From: Perkinsus chesapeaki ATCC PRA-425
Taxonomy: Eukaryota; Protista; Perkinsozoa
Direction of reading: 5' to 3'
DNA length: 60,237 bases
Assembly (NCBI GenBank): GCA_013115145.1
Contig: JAAPAO010000155.1
Location: forward strand, 1-60,237
The position numbers and the translations under genes are program-made. Below are positions 49,343-60,237 of the stretch, piece after piece. Below the pieces are notes generated by a model, which worked only from the letters and a program-made list of their open reading frames with translations, had not been told where the DNA came from and searched no databases. How positions within the stretch are numbered: the first letter of the stretch is position 1; the number at the start of each line of letters is the position of its first letter.

Positions 49343-49866
49343 GATCCTACTTACATGAACGGTATCAATGCGGTTAGAAGCAATGATAAAATATAAGTAA
49401 GATTGAATGACATAGTAGAGGGGCCTGATAAAACTGTAAGAGAATACCACTAAACTATTTCAAGTGTAAAAATTCATCAACCTCCACAAAGCTTATTAAC
49501 GCATTACGAATCTTTGCTTGTATATTTAACAAGCTTCATTGATTCTATAATTAATATGTATCATACCAATATTAACATGGAGCTCCAGGATCGACTATAG
49601 AGTCGTAATTTAGGTGTGAAATGCTGAAGATTATAAAGTCAACGCAGCTTTGCAGCGGCGAAAATCAACGTCTAGCGGGGCAGATGCTCGACGATCAAAT
49701 TGCTCTGATGAAAATGGTAGACGTGTATCGCTTCGCTCCGCTCATAGTTCAGTCGCGCGCCACGAAATGCAGTGCGGGGTTTGTCAAAAGTAGGGGGCGG
49801 TGTAATATCGGAATACATGTTTTTTCAAGTTCTCCTCCTCTCTTAGTTCGGTCTTTGTTGTTGGAT

Positions 49867-51088
49867 ATGCCAAAGTATTTCTGCGAGTATTGTGATATCT
49901 TCCTGGCTCATAGCAGCTTCTTTGGAAGGAAACAACATTCTACAGGACGGAAGCATATTCAAAATAAGATCGAGTATGCGCAACTTAACCTATTTTGTAT
50001 CTTACCCGCTCAACCTAAGGATACCTTTCAGTTACTACACCGAGCAGATGAAGGAAAAGGGAGTAGGCGTTCCTAATTACGATGATCAACCCGAGGCTAA
50101 GGGTACTACGGGGCCTATTAAAAAATTAATGTCGATTTTCACGAGCCAGGAAGCTTTCGAGTCTCAGTCAGTTGCTCAGCCAAACTTCATGTGTCAATAC
50201 TGAAATACATCAGCTCATCATAAAACCTAGGAAGGATGCTATTGACTGCCGTACAAGACAATGCTGTTTTCGTATTAACGTACTTTACCCTAGAGTTATA
50301 GATTGAAGATATTATTGTGATGCTACCGGCAAACAGCCTTTTGGTAGCGACCATTTACACAGGGAAGCCGTTAATATCCCCTTTTTCTAATAAAGGCTTT
50401 GGGAAGAACCTTCATTTATCACTCCGACTCGATATGCTTGTCCCACGGAGGCCAGTAGATGGCACGATACTGCCGTATACTCCGGGACATGATAACGTGC
50501 ATAAATCCGCTGTGTTAGTTATCACACCAGAGCAGGCTTTGCTACGTTGTTGTATACAATTGTCTTACTTCTGCAGCCCTCGGTCCTGTGACTTATCCTT
50601 CCGCTGTGCCCCCGCTTGGAGGTGTACATCCGTATGCTCCGCCATTCGCTGGAAAGGGATTTGGAAAGGGCAAAGGAATGTTCTTCGGCAAAGGATTTGG
50701 TAAGAAGTTGGTATACCAGTATTCGGTCGATCTCCTATATACTATAGGAGATTAATCAAAAATCAATTCTGGCTCTTCGATGAGCGCATTCGGAAACTTA
50801 TCGGATCTCTATTCAAATTTACAGTCCCGAAATTATATGAAGTTAAGGGAAAAGCCAGCTTGTAGTAGTTAGTGATAATAGAAGGGAATACGTATCATAT
50901 AGTAAAAAGTGACATTCTTTCTCGTTCGGAGCCATTACCTTTTCGGACAGGAATTCCTCATCTAGATTCTTACCATTTCCGGCTTCGCAATACTATTGTA
51001 TGTTCTTTCTCATTTCTCAGGTCTTCCTATGATGGGCAAGGGTCTACCAATGCCACCTCCGCCGGGGTTCGGTGGTCGACCGATGTAA
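49867..51088 (+). CDS. SNRPC: U1 snRNP protein C (U1-C), multi-exon
   Basis: [35 protein letters not shown](D)|YY is a U1-type zinc finger. Pro/Gly tail ...GKGFGKGKG...|[22 protein letters not shown]. Middle exons are uncertain. Confidence 0.88.
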
Positions 51089-51172
51089 ACGTATCATCTC
51101 TGGAGAGTTTGACGATGTCCTTGATAACGTTTTGAGTTTTAGTGCTCTGTAATAGTGTCCAGTTTTAAGCCT

Positions 51173-54100
51173 ATGGTAGCAGCTCCATCACGGAGAGGTT
51201 CGGAAGCGTTAAGTCGGTTAGTGCGGAAGGTGGAGGAGTTGGAGGTAACTGCTGAGAAATGGAGAAGGCAAAGGCAGGCCGAAGAGGAGATCGCTAAGGA
51301 ATTAGCAACACTAAATACGGTACTAGTGGCAGTGTCCGGTCGAAATGGGGAGGTTGAGAGTATCGCTTGGGCTCTATTATGGTCGCAGTTAAGCGTTATA
51401 GGGAATACACTCTTCATTGACGATACAGATTTAACTGTAACTTCCTTTGCTTTCATCTGATTATATTACGAGAGCAAGTAAAGGCGCCCACATTAGGAGG
51501 ATCTCACGCTGCTTCTGTGACCATACTAGGCCAGATTGGGAGTGATACTCTGTGCCAATCCTTGCGAGAGGTCCTACAAACATTCTGCCGCGTGTGCGGA
51601 GAATCTTACTGTTGTTTTACCCTTAATAGACGGTTCAAATTTCAGCGTCCAATACGAACTGGTTATTGAGGTTACTGAGAAGTCGGCTCGGGAACGCTGC
51701 CGAATTATTTTGTAATACACACCATAGTCTGGGCCGTGAAATACAGCCTTCCAAATATTAATATAATATCGCGGTTTTTCGAAAATTCTAGTCTGTATTG
51801 GCTGCTCACTGGTGATTCAAACTAGATTGTGATCATCTTTCTAAGGAAAGCAATAGATATGGAAACCTCCGACTCATAACTCCTGCGCATTTCCTGTGAC
51901 GGTCTGACAGTCGTCGCATTCAATCTGAGTTTTATGAATCTTTATAGTGCGCTTTAACTCTTAGATGCCATCTATGCCGAGTCATCTCAATTCGGGAAGG
52001 TGTTGGGGTTTGGGTCGACGGCGGTCTACTGCCGAGGCTGCATTGTTTGATTTGGATGAATTCGGCTCTGATGAAGGCGTCACCACGGACGATGATTATT
52101 CAGAGTAGTAACGGGAAATCTTCACGGTGCGTCGGCGCTCCTCGAATCCTGATAAGGCTCCTACGGGAGTGAAGGTACTAGGCAGCTTAGGGGAAGGGAA
52201 ATCTCGTTTTCACCAGCAGTGGCGGAAAAGGTACAGGCCGTATCGACTTGCGCAGAATGCGTTCTTTTGGGGGAATATGATAATATAAAAACTGGGCAGT
52301 ACAGATTTGTTGGAGAAAAGCTAAGGTCTATGTTATAATATGGGATCTTCGAATCCCTTTTTGCCGAGGGTATCTGTCTGAATGTGGAAATTATATTTTA
52401 TTGATGTCATAGTTGTTATACTTTTATTATGTATATATGTCAGTAATAGAGTAGACTAGCTGTTAATAAATTGCGATACCACTTTGTTAGTGCGGAGTTC
52501 GATAGTAGCGACGAGCAGCTTGATGGGGAGGAGGAGGAGGGGCCGTCCAGCGCTTCGCCTTGGTATGGGGTGACGCCGAGGTCACAGCGGCTCACCACCG
52601 GCAATAGGACTTATTTTGACCTTTTTGGGTTGGACGAGGAGGACCATTTAATAGAAGTTGAGAGATTGCGAAAGGTAATAGGCAAATAAGAGGGAAAACG
52701 TAGGCTGTATAGGAGGATGATGGCTATATATCATCTTAATATTTTTACCTTCATTCTTATATGGTCCAATTATTTCCGGAATAAGTGATGATATTGAAGA
52801 TAATATCTATCGTTCGACGACTATGGTTTCATGGCAAACAGCGTCGTCCTTTGTTCAGGTCTCTTTGGGAAATGCCCCTCCATCTGGCGCGGCTGTTCTT
52901 AGTGGTTCAGCAGCTGCACCAAAAGTATGTGTTGCGAACGATGATGTTGATGAGTGGTATAGTAGCCAATACTCACTAGAAGCTGAAGGTAATATGAGAG
53001 CAGAGGTAGTTCGAAAGTCGGATCTGTCAAGTATGCAGCGAGGGAAAAGCTACACGTCGTTTGGTATCACTCAAAAGTATCGTATTAGGCACCACTGATA
53101 CAGTCCTGCATTTCTCTCAATAGGTGTTAAATGATCGTGGGGAGAAATGCAGTTAAGTGAAATCTCGGTGGTGTGGTAACAGGCTCAATTAGATATTCAC
53201 ACTGTGGTTATCAGTCATGAGTTGAGGAAGCAATGTAATGTAATGAGAATACATCGCTCAGAGGTCGGAAAGTGCTATTGAGAATTTGGTGGGGAATAAG
53301 GTCACCGGTAGTGGCTTTTGTGCCATTCAACAACGTTGTTGTGTGCATATACAGTGTGTTCGATTTTGATAGTCCACAACAGAGGAATGTTATAATTTCA
53401 GCGACTAGGAACATGAAACTTGTAAGATGATGAGTCCTAAGCATGACAAAACAATTTATGCATACTGTTATAATCGATCACGAACCGTTAAAGAGTTAGG
53501 GCAAGCGACATTTTTTACACCTCTGCTCGCTGTAGTATTCCGTTGCCTATTAGGGGGTGTATGGTATCGAGATCCCCTCGCCATTAGCAAGTATAGGCGT
53601 AATATTGAGGAGTGGAGGGACTGGGATAGAAAGGTCATATTAATGTGCTTGATTACCCGTAGTTGGGGGGTAGGTGCAATTGCAGCGATTGCAGGCCATA
53701 ATGCAGGCGGGTAGCGCTAAGAAAGGGATTCTAGCTCGGCAGAGGGAAGAGGAACGGGAAGAGAAAGCGGAAGAAAAACGGCTTAAAATGATCGAGGAGA
53801 AGAAAAAAATTGAGGCGGAAAAAAGAAAAGCTGAAGATGCGCAAAAGTAATTTTACCGGAAAATTTCAAAATATTGTTTGTCATGAATCAGGGCTGCCGC
53901 TGAGGTTCCGGTACAGTCACCGAAAAAGATAGCGGCTCCAGCGCAGCAACCACTAACGCCAGATTTCGCGCGCCAGGAAATTGCTGAGAAACCGGTCCCG
54001 GTTGCAGTGAAGGTTGAAAAAGCTGAGACGCTCGCCTCAACTGGATTGAAGGCGCTGACGGACTTCACTGACATTTGGGGAAGGAAGGCACAATTATCTA

Positions 54101-56100
54101 AGAAATATCGACCTGCTTGGAAGGAAATATGTAAGATGATTGTTTGACAGGAGGAGTTTGGTATAGGCGGCCGGGCGTTGGTAGTGCTGTTTTGCGAACA
54201 GCAGGGGGAATTAATGGAAGGATTTGGATATTTAGTATGTAGTTGGCGTGCGTCAACCCTGGCAGTTGCGCAAGATCTTGCTCAGAATTTAGTACCCCCG
54301 AAAACGCCTTTCCTGTGGACGCGAGCGAGTTGTGAATAATAAGCCAAGAATATTCGGTGGCCATGTGGGGTATCGTATGCTCACATTAGAAATGCACTTT
54401 CTAGTTCTTGTTGGTCTAGAGATGAAATATTGATCATATCTTCGCACTATGAATATTTTCCCGAGAAACTATTAGAGTTGCACATAAAGTATCTTTCCGA
54501 TCCAAAAAAGAGAATATAAACAGGTTTTGACTTTCTGGGAAATCTTTTAAGGGAGCTGATAGCTTATTCAACTCATTAGTCCTTTTCGGGCGGTTAGTCT
54601 CACAACCTTATCACCCGCGACGAACCACTGTTAATAGCTCACATTGAGATTTTGCAATCAATATGACTTATCTGGTAGGTACGGCAGCGCAGCAGGTGTC
54701 CTCTACCAGAAAGAGTATTTCTCAAACTGCTGGTAAGGCAGCTCGAGTATTGATAAGGAACAAGGGGAATGCAGAGGCGGTGAAGTTCCTTGCATGTGTA
54801 AGATAGAGTAGGATTGGAATTTGTTAAGTGCTGCTGCTGGTGCATAAGAAAGCCCCGATTTTGCATCCAAGATGAGATTCTGGAAAATTTCCGTTAATTT
54901 TTTGGTGGCAAATTATTGCCCAGTGTGTGTATTCGATGTTTCTCAGGCATCAGTGGAGAAGTTGATATCATGTTCAATCAACAACAGTCTTGATTTCGTC
55001 TGGACGACTGCTTATCACATTCGAATGGTCGCAGAGGAGCTCAAGGCATCTGATGAGCCGGCCGTCACGCTGACCGCCTACCTGCATGCGCTTGTTGGGT
55101 GTATGAACTTCAAGTAGCCTCCTGGGGTTGGTTTGGTCGAAGTAATTCTCTAACCTCGGTGAAGAGCGCTCGCCCCGTTTTCTCTCTGGGGCAATGGGAT
55201 GCAGTTGGGAGCCGAGAAGCGTTGGTATATCATTTGTCGGCTGTGAAAAATTGGCTGGTAGATACATATATGACAAAATGCATGCGACTTATGTTACTTC
55301 GATATGTTACTCCTTTTGAATCAAAAGCCTTTCAGTGAAGCATTACAATATTGGCCTGTTACTGTGATCACAATTCTCGACTAGTTGGCGAGAAATCGTT
55401 GTTGATGAGCATGGTTCATATTCTTGCGGAAGAGAGAAGATTATACAATAACGACGAAATGCAGAAGTCGCTACTCGGATTTGAATCCTGATCCTCGAGA
55501 TCAAAAGTTTTGATCGATACCTCTTCTGCCCAGGAGTTTTCGTACAACGTGGAATGCAAGGGGTGAACCTTGTCTGCCACACTGTGGAAATACTAGTAAT
55601 TATTTTATATTGGCACCTCGGAAAAATGCAGAGAAATAGAGAATATTCGGTATGGTAAGTTGTACGCAGTGGAGATCTCTGCCAAGTCAGCACCTAGTGT
55701 AGAAAAATATCAAGTCCTAACTCTTTCTCGTTACTATTTTATGCTCAAAAGTGTAGAGGTCATATTATTTTGTAAGGGGTTTATATTGTATCTAGCCTTC
55801 CGTTGCTCAGTCATACCACCATTTTCCGCAAGCTTCTGTCCTTCTCTTTAAGCTTTTCTATGATACATATATTAATCAGATGCCCCTGGATATCATGGAT
55901 TGATGTACACAAGGCACACAAAGCAGCGTTGAAGCATGTGGACAGCAGCGATTGGTTTAAGGAACAGGAAGTGGGTTTAGTGGCGGTATGTCTTGTCTTG
56001 TACTTTAGATTATCATGTCTGGTAACCAGATATAAATTATATTTTGATAATCAGATTCTCGTTATTAGATTGACTGTACATCATAAATCTTCCAGTTTGA
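51173..56100 (+). CDS. Large multi-exon hypothetical protein(s) with coiled-coil and acidic segments; extent approximate
   Basis: MVAAPSRRGSEALSRLVRKVEELE..., EFDSSDEQLDGEEEEG..., REEEREEKAEEKRLKMIEEKKK..., separated by AT-rich introns. Confidence 0.45.
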
Positions 56101-57060
56101 TTTGGCACGTTCGGCACGTGCGAAAAAAAACTCGCCCGTGTCGTCAGTAGTTGGTATGAAACGGTCGAGAAATTCTGTGACGAGGTTAATATAGATACGC
56201 GTGACATAATCTAAATTCATGGTTAAATTCGGTTCACTTATCGAGTATCGATATTCTCAATTAGCTTTGAGACCTGTGTTCAACTAATGTTTATTACTTA
56301 CTACTGTATTTGTTTCATCTGCTTATTATTATTTATCATCGTGTTTACTTTCTTATTCTCAGACCTTCGTCAGCCTCTGGTTAGCTCTGATGGTGGTCTT
56401 CCAAGATGTAGCTACGTTGTGGCAGTGGATCGATGCTCTTGTTGCCGAAGCTTCTAATAATGGTGGGTCATCGAAATGGTACCTCTTTCAGAATAAACTT
56501 ATATTTGTATTTCCGGTTCAATCGCCCATACGAAAAGCTCCAATAGTATCTCTTCGTTCTCTACCAAGAGCGAAGATAGAATCTGTTCTGGTGTGCCGAA
56601 ATTTGGAGATTCAACTCGGAAAGCGAGGCAGATATTTGAGCAAGTTATTTGGTGTCAGATCCTTCGCTTCCAATGCTTGTTAATTGCTACCTTCGTGTCC
56701 CTCGGTATGACTTGATAACTCGGTGGTTGGGCCCGATGCAAGGGGCGAAGCTCGAGAGACTTTTCGCCGGGCCGATTCGGGATTGTATAAGATCGGTGAG
56801 GTGTGTCATGGTCGGCATGGATTCCGATGCTCCCTTAGGTTCGATCCGCCTTCCGATCCTCGGCAGTAGTTGAATACTACGGTTTGCTGTGTGAGACAGC
56901 ATTGGATTCCCCGACCGTACCAATTCCAAGTGGAATGCAAATTGCTACCAACGAAGAATCAGATCTTAACTCCAACGTATGATACTATAATATCTGCACC
57001 ATCACCAAAGCTTTTGAGTTGCTTCATAAGCTAGCCAGAACTTAGAGTGCTCCTGTCGTT

Positions 57061-57517
57061 ATGTCCTCCATTACTTCTGCGCCACCGACAGCCAGCACCG
57101 CTCCCGCCGCCGCGGGGCCAGCGTTCCTTCCGCTGGCTCTGATAGACAAATGTGTTGGCAGCAGGATTTGGGTTATCATGCGGGGAGACCGCGAGCTGGT
57201 AAGTTGGTCGTTGTATATTGAGTTTCGACTAGGACTTATTCCAGGTCGGGACGCTTAGAGGTTTTGACGATTACGTAAACATGGTTCTGGACGATGTTAC
57301 TGAATAGTAGGGCAAACTGTTGGGTACCCTCTTCCGCATATTTTTGTGATCAGTACTATGCTTCCAGACGGTGGGAAACGAGTGGACAAGATAGAATCTA
57401 TTCTCCTCAATGGGAGCTCAGTAGCTATGGTGGGTTCAGGCTGCCATCTGCGGTATCCTGAATATCTTACCGTTTCATCGTTTTCAGTTGGTACCAGGTG
57501 GAAGCCCCGAGGCCTGA
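57061..57517 (+). CDS. LSM5: U6 snRNA-associated Sm-like protein LSm5, 4 exons
   Basis: [25 protein letters not shown]|[21 protein letters not shown]|[25 protein letters not shown]|LVPGGSPEA*, with three GT-AG introns. Confidence 0.95.
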
Positions 57518-58337
57518 GAATATCATTGACAGTTTCGATTTGTTGTTGTTAGTGTTGCTTTCATATAACCTAATTATGCTCATCGGTGTGATAGCGCGGG
57601 AGACGGTAAAGCAAGGGTTCCAGGCTGGAACTTCTAAGAACACTGCCGTTATCTTGAGCGATAAGTACGTTGATACTGAGAATTGTATATTCTCATGCTG
57701 AGCGAGCTAACACAGGGTTCAAGTGAGAAAAGATATATGCCAGATTGGATGGAGCCGAGAGAACAAGTCGACTTGACGGAACTGGTTTATGACGATGCTT
57801 CCGCCAACTGACGTACATGGTACGCCCAGACGTCATTGTGCTGACCTGAAAACGCGAGCAGTCTCCAGTTGAATTAATCCAATTTCATCACGCCAATTTC
57901 CGCAACACTACTGCTCTCTATAACTCGTCATACTCCGAGATGTATCTATATTCCAAACGCCACTCTACAAAGTGGGAGAGGTATCACACTTGTTGCGGTG
58001 AAAGCTTTATTAAACACAACCATCAGAAATATTGTTTGATACGAGTCTGGATACTGCATTGTGAATTTCTGGGCATATGCTTCAAACCATACACATATGC
58101 CAGCTTGACAGATATGTGTGGTGTGAAGCATACTAGACGATGGAGTGTGTAAGTGTCACTTACTATTTCCAATCAGTAAGAGTAACTCAACTCATTCTTG
58201 ACGATGACATCATTCAGACTGTTTGATTCAGCAAAATGACTTTCCAATAATTCCAGGCACACCGATGGTGCCCGATATAGGGACTTGGGGCACAATTGGC
58301 CCCTAGATTTGCCTTGGGTCACTTGCTGCTTTGGCAT

Positions 58338-58406
58338 GGATACCCAAACCGAAACCTCTTCCCGCTCAACTTTTGGAGAGTGTTCGGGTTTAGGGTTTGA
58401 GTATCC
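58338..58406. other. Imperfect hairpin containing a TTTAGGG unit
   Basis: ggatacccaaaccgaaacc pairs with ggtttagggtttgagtatcc. Confidence 0.6.
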
Positions 58407-59470
58407 CTACCGCACTCCCGTATTCGATGGGATTTTACACCTGTGTTCCACCTCGAGTTCTGAACTGCAAATGAGCGCCGTAGACTAGCCAAGTATACCC
58501 GGGACGGTTGTAGCTTACAACATGTACGCGAAACTGATCAATGAGTTCACGAAGGCTTCGTTAAGTCATTCAGCGTAGACGCCTCGACCGAACCAACGAG
58601 GCTACCCGTCTGCCTGATTACTGGTCGCCCATGCTCGTATCTCATGGACATGCCATCACTTGGATAGCATGCAGCTTTCGATACTACTATTACGACGCAC
58701 GTTATTAGACTATTTCCAGCGGCCCGAGGTGCACTGATGTGGGAACGTCTCCATGCTTCCACTGATGTCACGTGGCAATTTTTGCTAGTCTAATTGCACC
58801 ACCATAGCGGGACTGAGAAAGTTAGAAATCGCAGCGTTTTTCCACCGGCAAAATGTAGCTCCCATAAACGTGTCTGTTGTTACCAACGAAACACATATGT
58901 TGTCAGAAGTCCCCGAACCAATGCTTGACAAGGATCAGAAAGTTACTACTATATAACGTTCGTCAAGTATCAGAAGTAGAGGCGAGGCAGGTCTAAAGAC
59001 GTGGTTGTCATGTCAACCAGGCGCCGATGAGGACGGTAGAGGAATAACTCTCTACATAACCTTAACTTCAATCAAGTCTGAGGCAAAGTTTCAAAACCGA
59101 TCATACTGCTATTTACACGAGACAATTCATAAAACATACTAATGCTATCCAATAGCACAATGCAGCTGTTGCAGCGAGTTCAACTCATGACAATTGCAAT
59201 TGACAATGGGCTCTATGGAATATAGAAGTCGTTCAAGACGGATGATCATATACAGCTGTTCACAGATACACTGTAAAATGAGACGAAGCGATGCTATCAA
59301 AGCACGCATAAAATTCTATTTATGACATTTGACATTTTGGAATAGCAGATAGGTGGGGGTATCAAGATGTGAAGATATGATGGTATGCATGAAGTATCAT
59401 CAATCACGTTACTACCCTGGAACAGAGATTCAGCAGAATCTCAAACTCAAATATCATACACAAATGTTAT

Positions 59471-60237
59471 TTAAAGCTGAGCAGGGCCAGCCTGCCACAA
59501 CACCCAGTGCTGCTTCCAGGTCTTCTTAAACACCCAGGCGCCAACAAAGGCTTCAAAGTTCGCATTGGAGACATACTCCCACTTGCTAGCGTCATTGTTT
59601 ACTGAGTGACCATTGAAGTCGACGGACGCACTAGCACCGGCCACCTTCAGAGAAACTTCTGTTCCGATCTTGCCATAGGCTGTGATATCACCATGAGGCT
59701 TGGCCGTGCACTTCCCTTCTGCGTAAATGGTCCAGTTAATGATATCCCCAGCCACTGGTAGGCTTACAACAAACGTAACGGAAACAGCGGCTTCTCCATA
59801 AAAGGTACGCTTATCGGGCTGAAGGAGGGAACTCCCAGTGCCGTGACCAGATATACATATATTGATAGAGACACTCGCACCATACGCACCATATTGTAAG
59901 ACCTTAGCGCAGCCACTAGCTTCAAAACTCAGATCAAGCACAGCTCCATCACCCTCAATCCTCAAACTGACGGAGAGGCGTAGAAAAGCCACCTTATCCG
60001 GACGTGTTATGTCTACAAACGTCATGCCAACCTCGACATCGATGGAAGTCAGAGAGGCATTGACTTTCGCATAGAGGCAATACTTGCGAGAGGGATCAGC
60101 AGTTCCGTCATTACATCCCTTAGGGAACTGGAAATTGATGTAGGCTAGCCGCCGACCGGATAGGGCATGGAAGTAGATGTCGGCAGCAGAGTTCTTCTCG
60201 ATGGTGAAGTACTCAATACCGCGAGACATACCATCTT
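59471..60237 (-). CDS. 5'-partial hypothetical beta-strand-rich protein
   Basis: Uninterrupted frame of at least 252 codons that stays open to the window edge, with alternating hydrophobic patterns and scattered Cys. Confidence 0.75.
   Translation of the reverse strand, partial: DGMSRGIEYFTIEKNSAADIYFHALSGRRLAYINFQFPKGCNDGTADPSRKYCLYAKVNASLTSIDVEVGMTFVDITRPDKVAFLRLSVSLRIEGDGAVLDLSFEASGCAKVLQYGAYGASVSINICISGHGTGSSLLQPDKRTFYGEAAVSVTFVVSLPVAGDIINWTIYAEGKCTAKPHGDITAYGKIGTEVSLKVAGASASVDFNGHSVNNDASKWEYVSNANFEAFVGAWVFKKTWKQHWVLWQAGPAQL

Noticed and set aside
53730-56100. GLE1-like identity for the coiled-coil gene
   Set aside because: The architecture is suggestive, but the candidate motifs fall in frames with stops; left as hypothetical.
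58775-58785. Sm-site-like AATTTTTG suggesting an snRNA near LSm5
   Set aside because: No U1/U2/U4/U5 or SL hallmark sequence around it.

Overview
Eukaryotic, intron-rich genomic DNA with short (mostly 40-60 nt) GT-AG introns. Gene content, intron style and a spliced-leader-like relic point to a Perkinsus-type alveolate (inference). A housekeeping core on the minus strand holds an S28 serine peptidase, an AcnA/IRP-type aconitase, an OPR/HPR-like helical-repeat protein and a thermospermine-synthase-like aminopropyltransferase. Two tandem arrays of secreted Cys-module/mucin proteins flank it. Family A (1-9090, 3 genes) uses a 6-Cys module, CxxxC-x9-C-x8-C-x6-C-x4/5-C. Family B (25471-33616, 3 genes plus an orphan module) uses an 8-Cys LYWTD module with paralog-specific linkers. 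I do not recognise either module as a named domain. The arrays show patchwork recombination and a stop-loss hydrophobic tail, and together look like a modular cell-wall/coat protein system; this is the most interesting content. The right half has poorly resolved multi-exon hypothetical genes (one with a 50-Thr exon missed by the ORF track), a MITE-like element, foldbacks, minisatellites, U1-C, LSm5 and a 5'-truncated beta-rich ORF. Exon models were built by eye; boundaries of the hypothetical genes are approximate.
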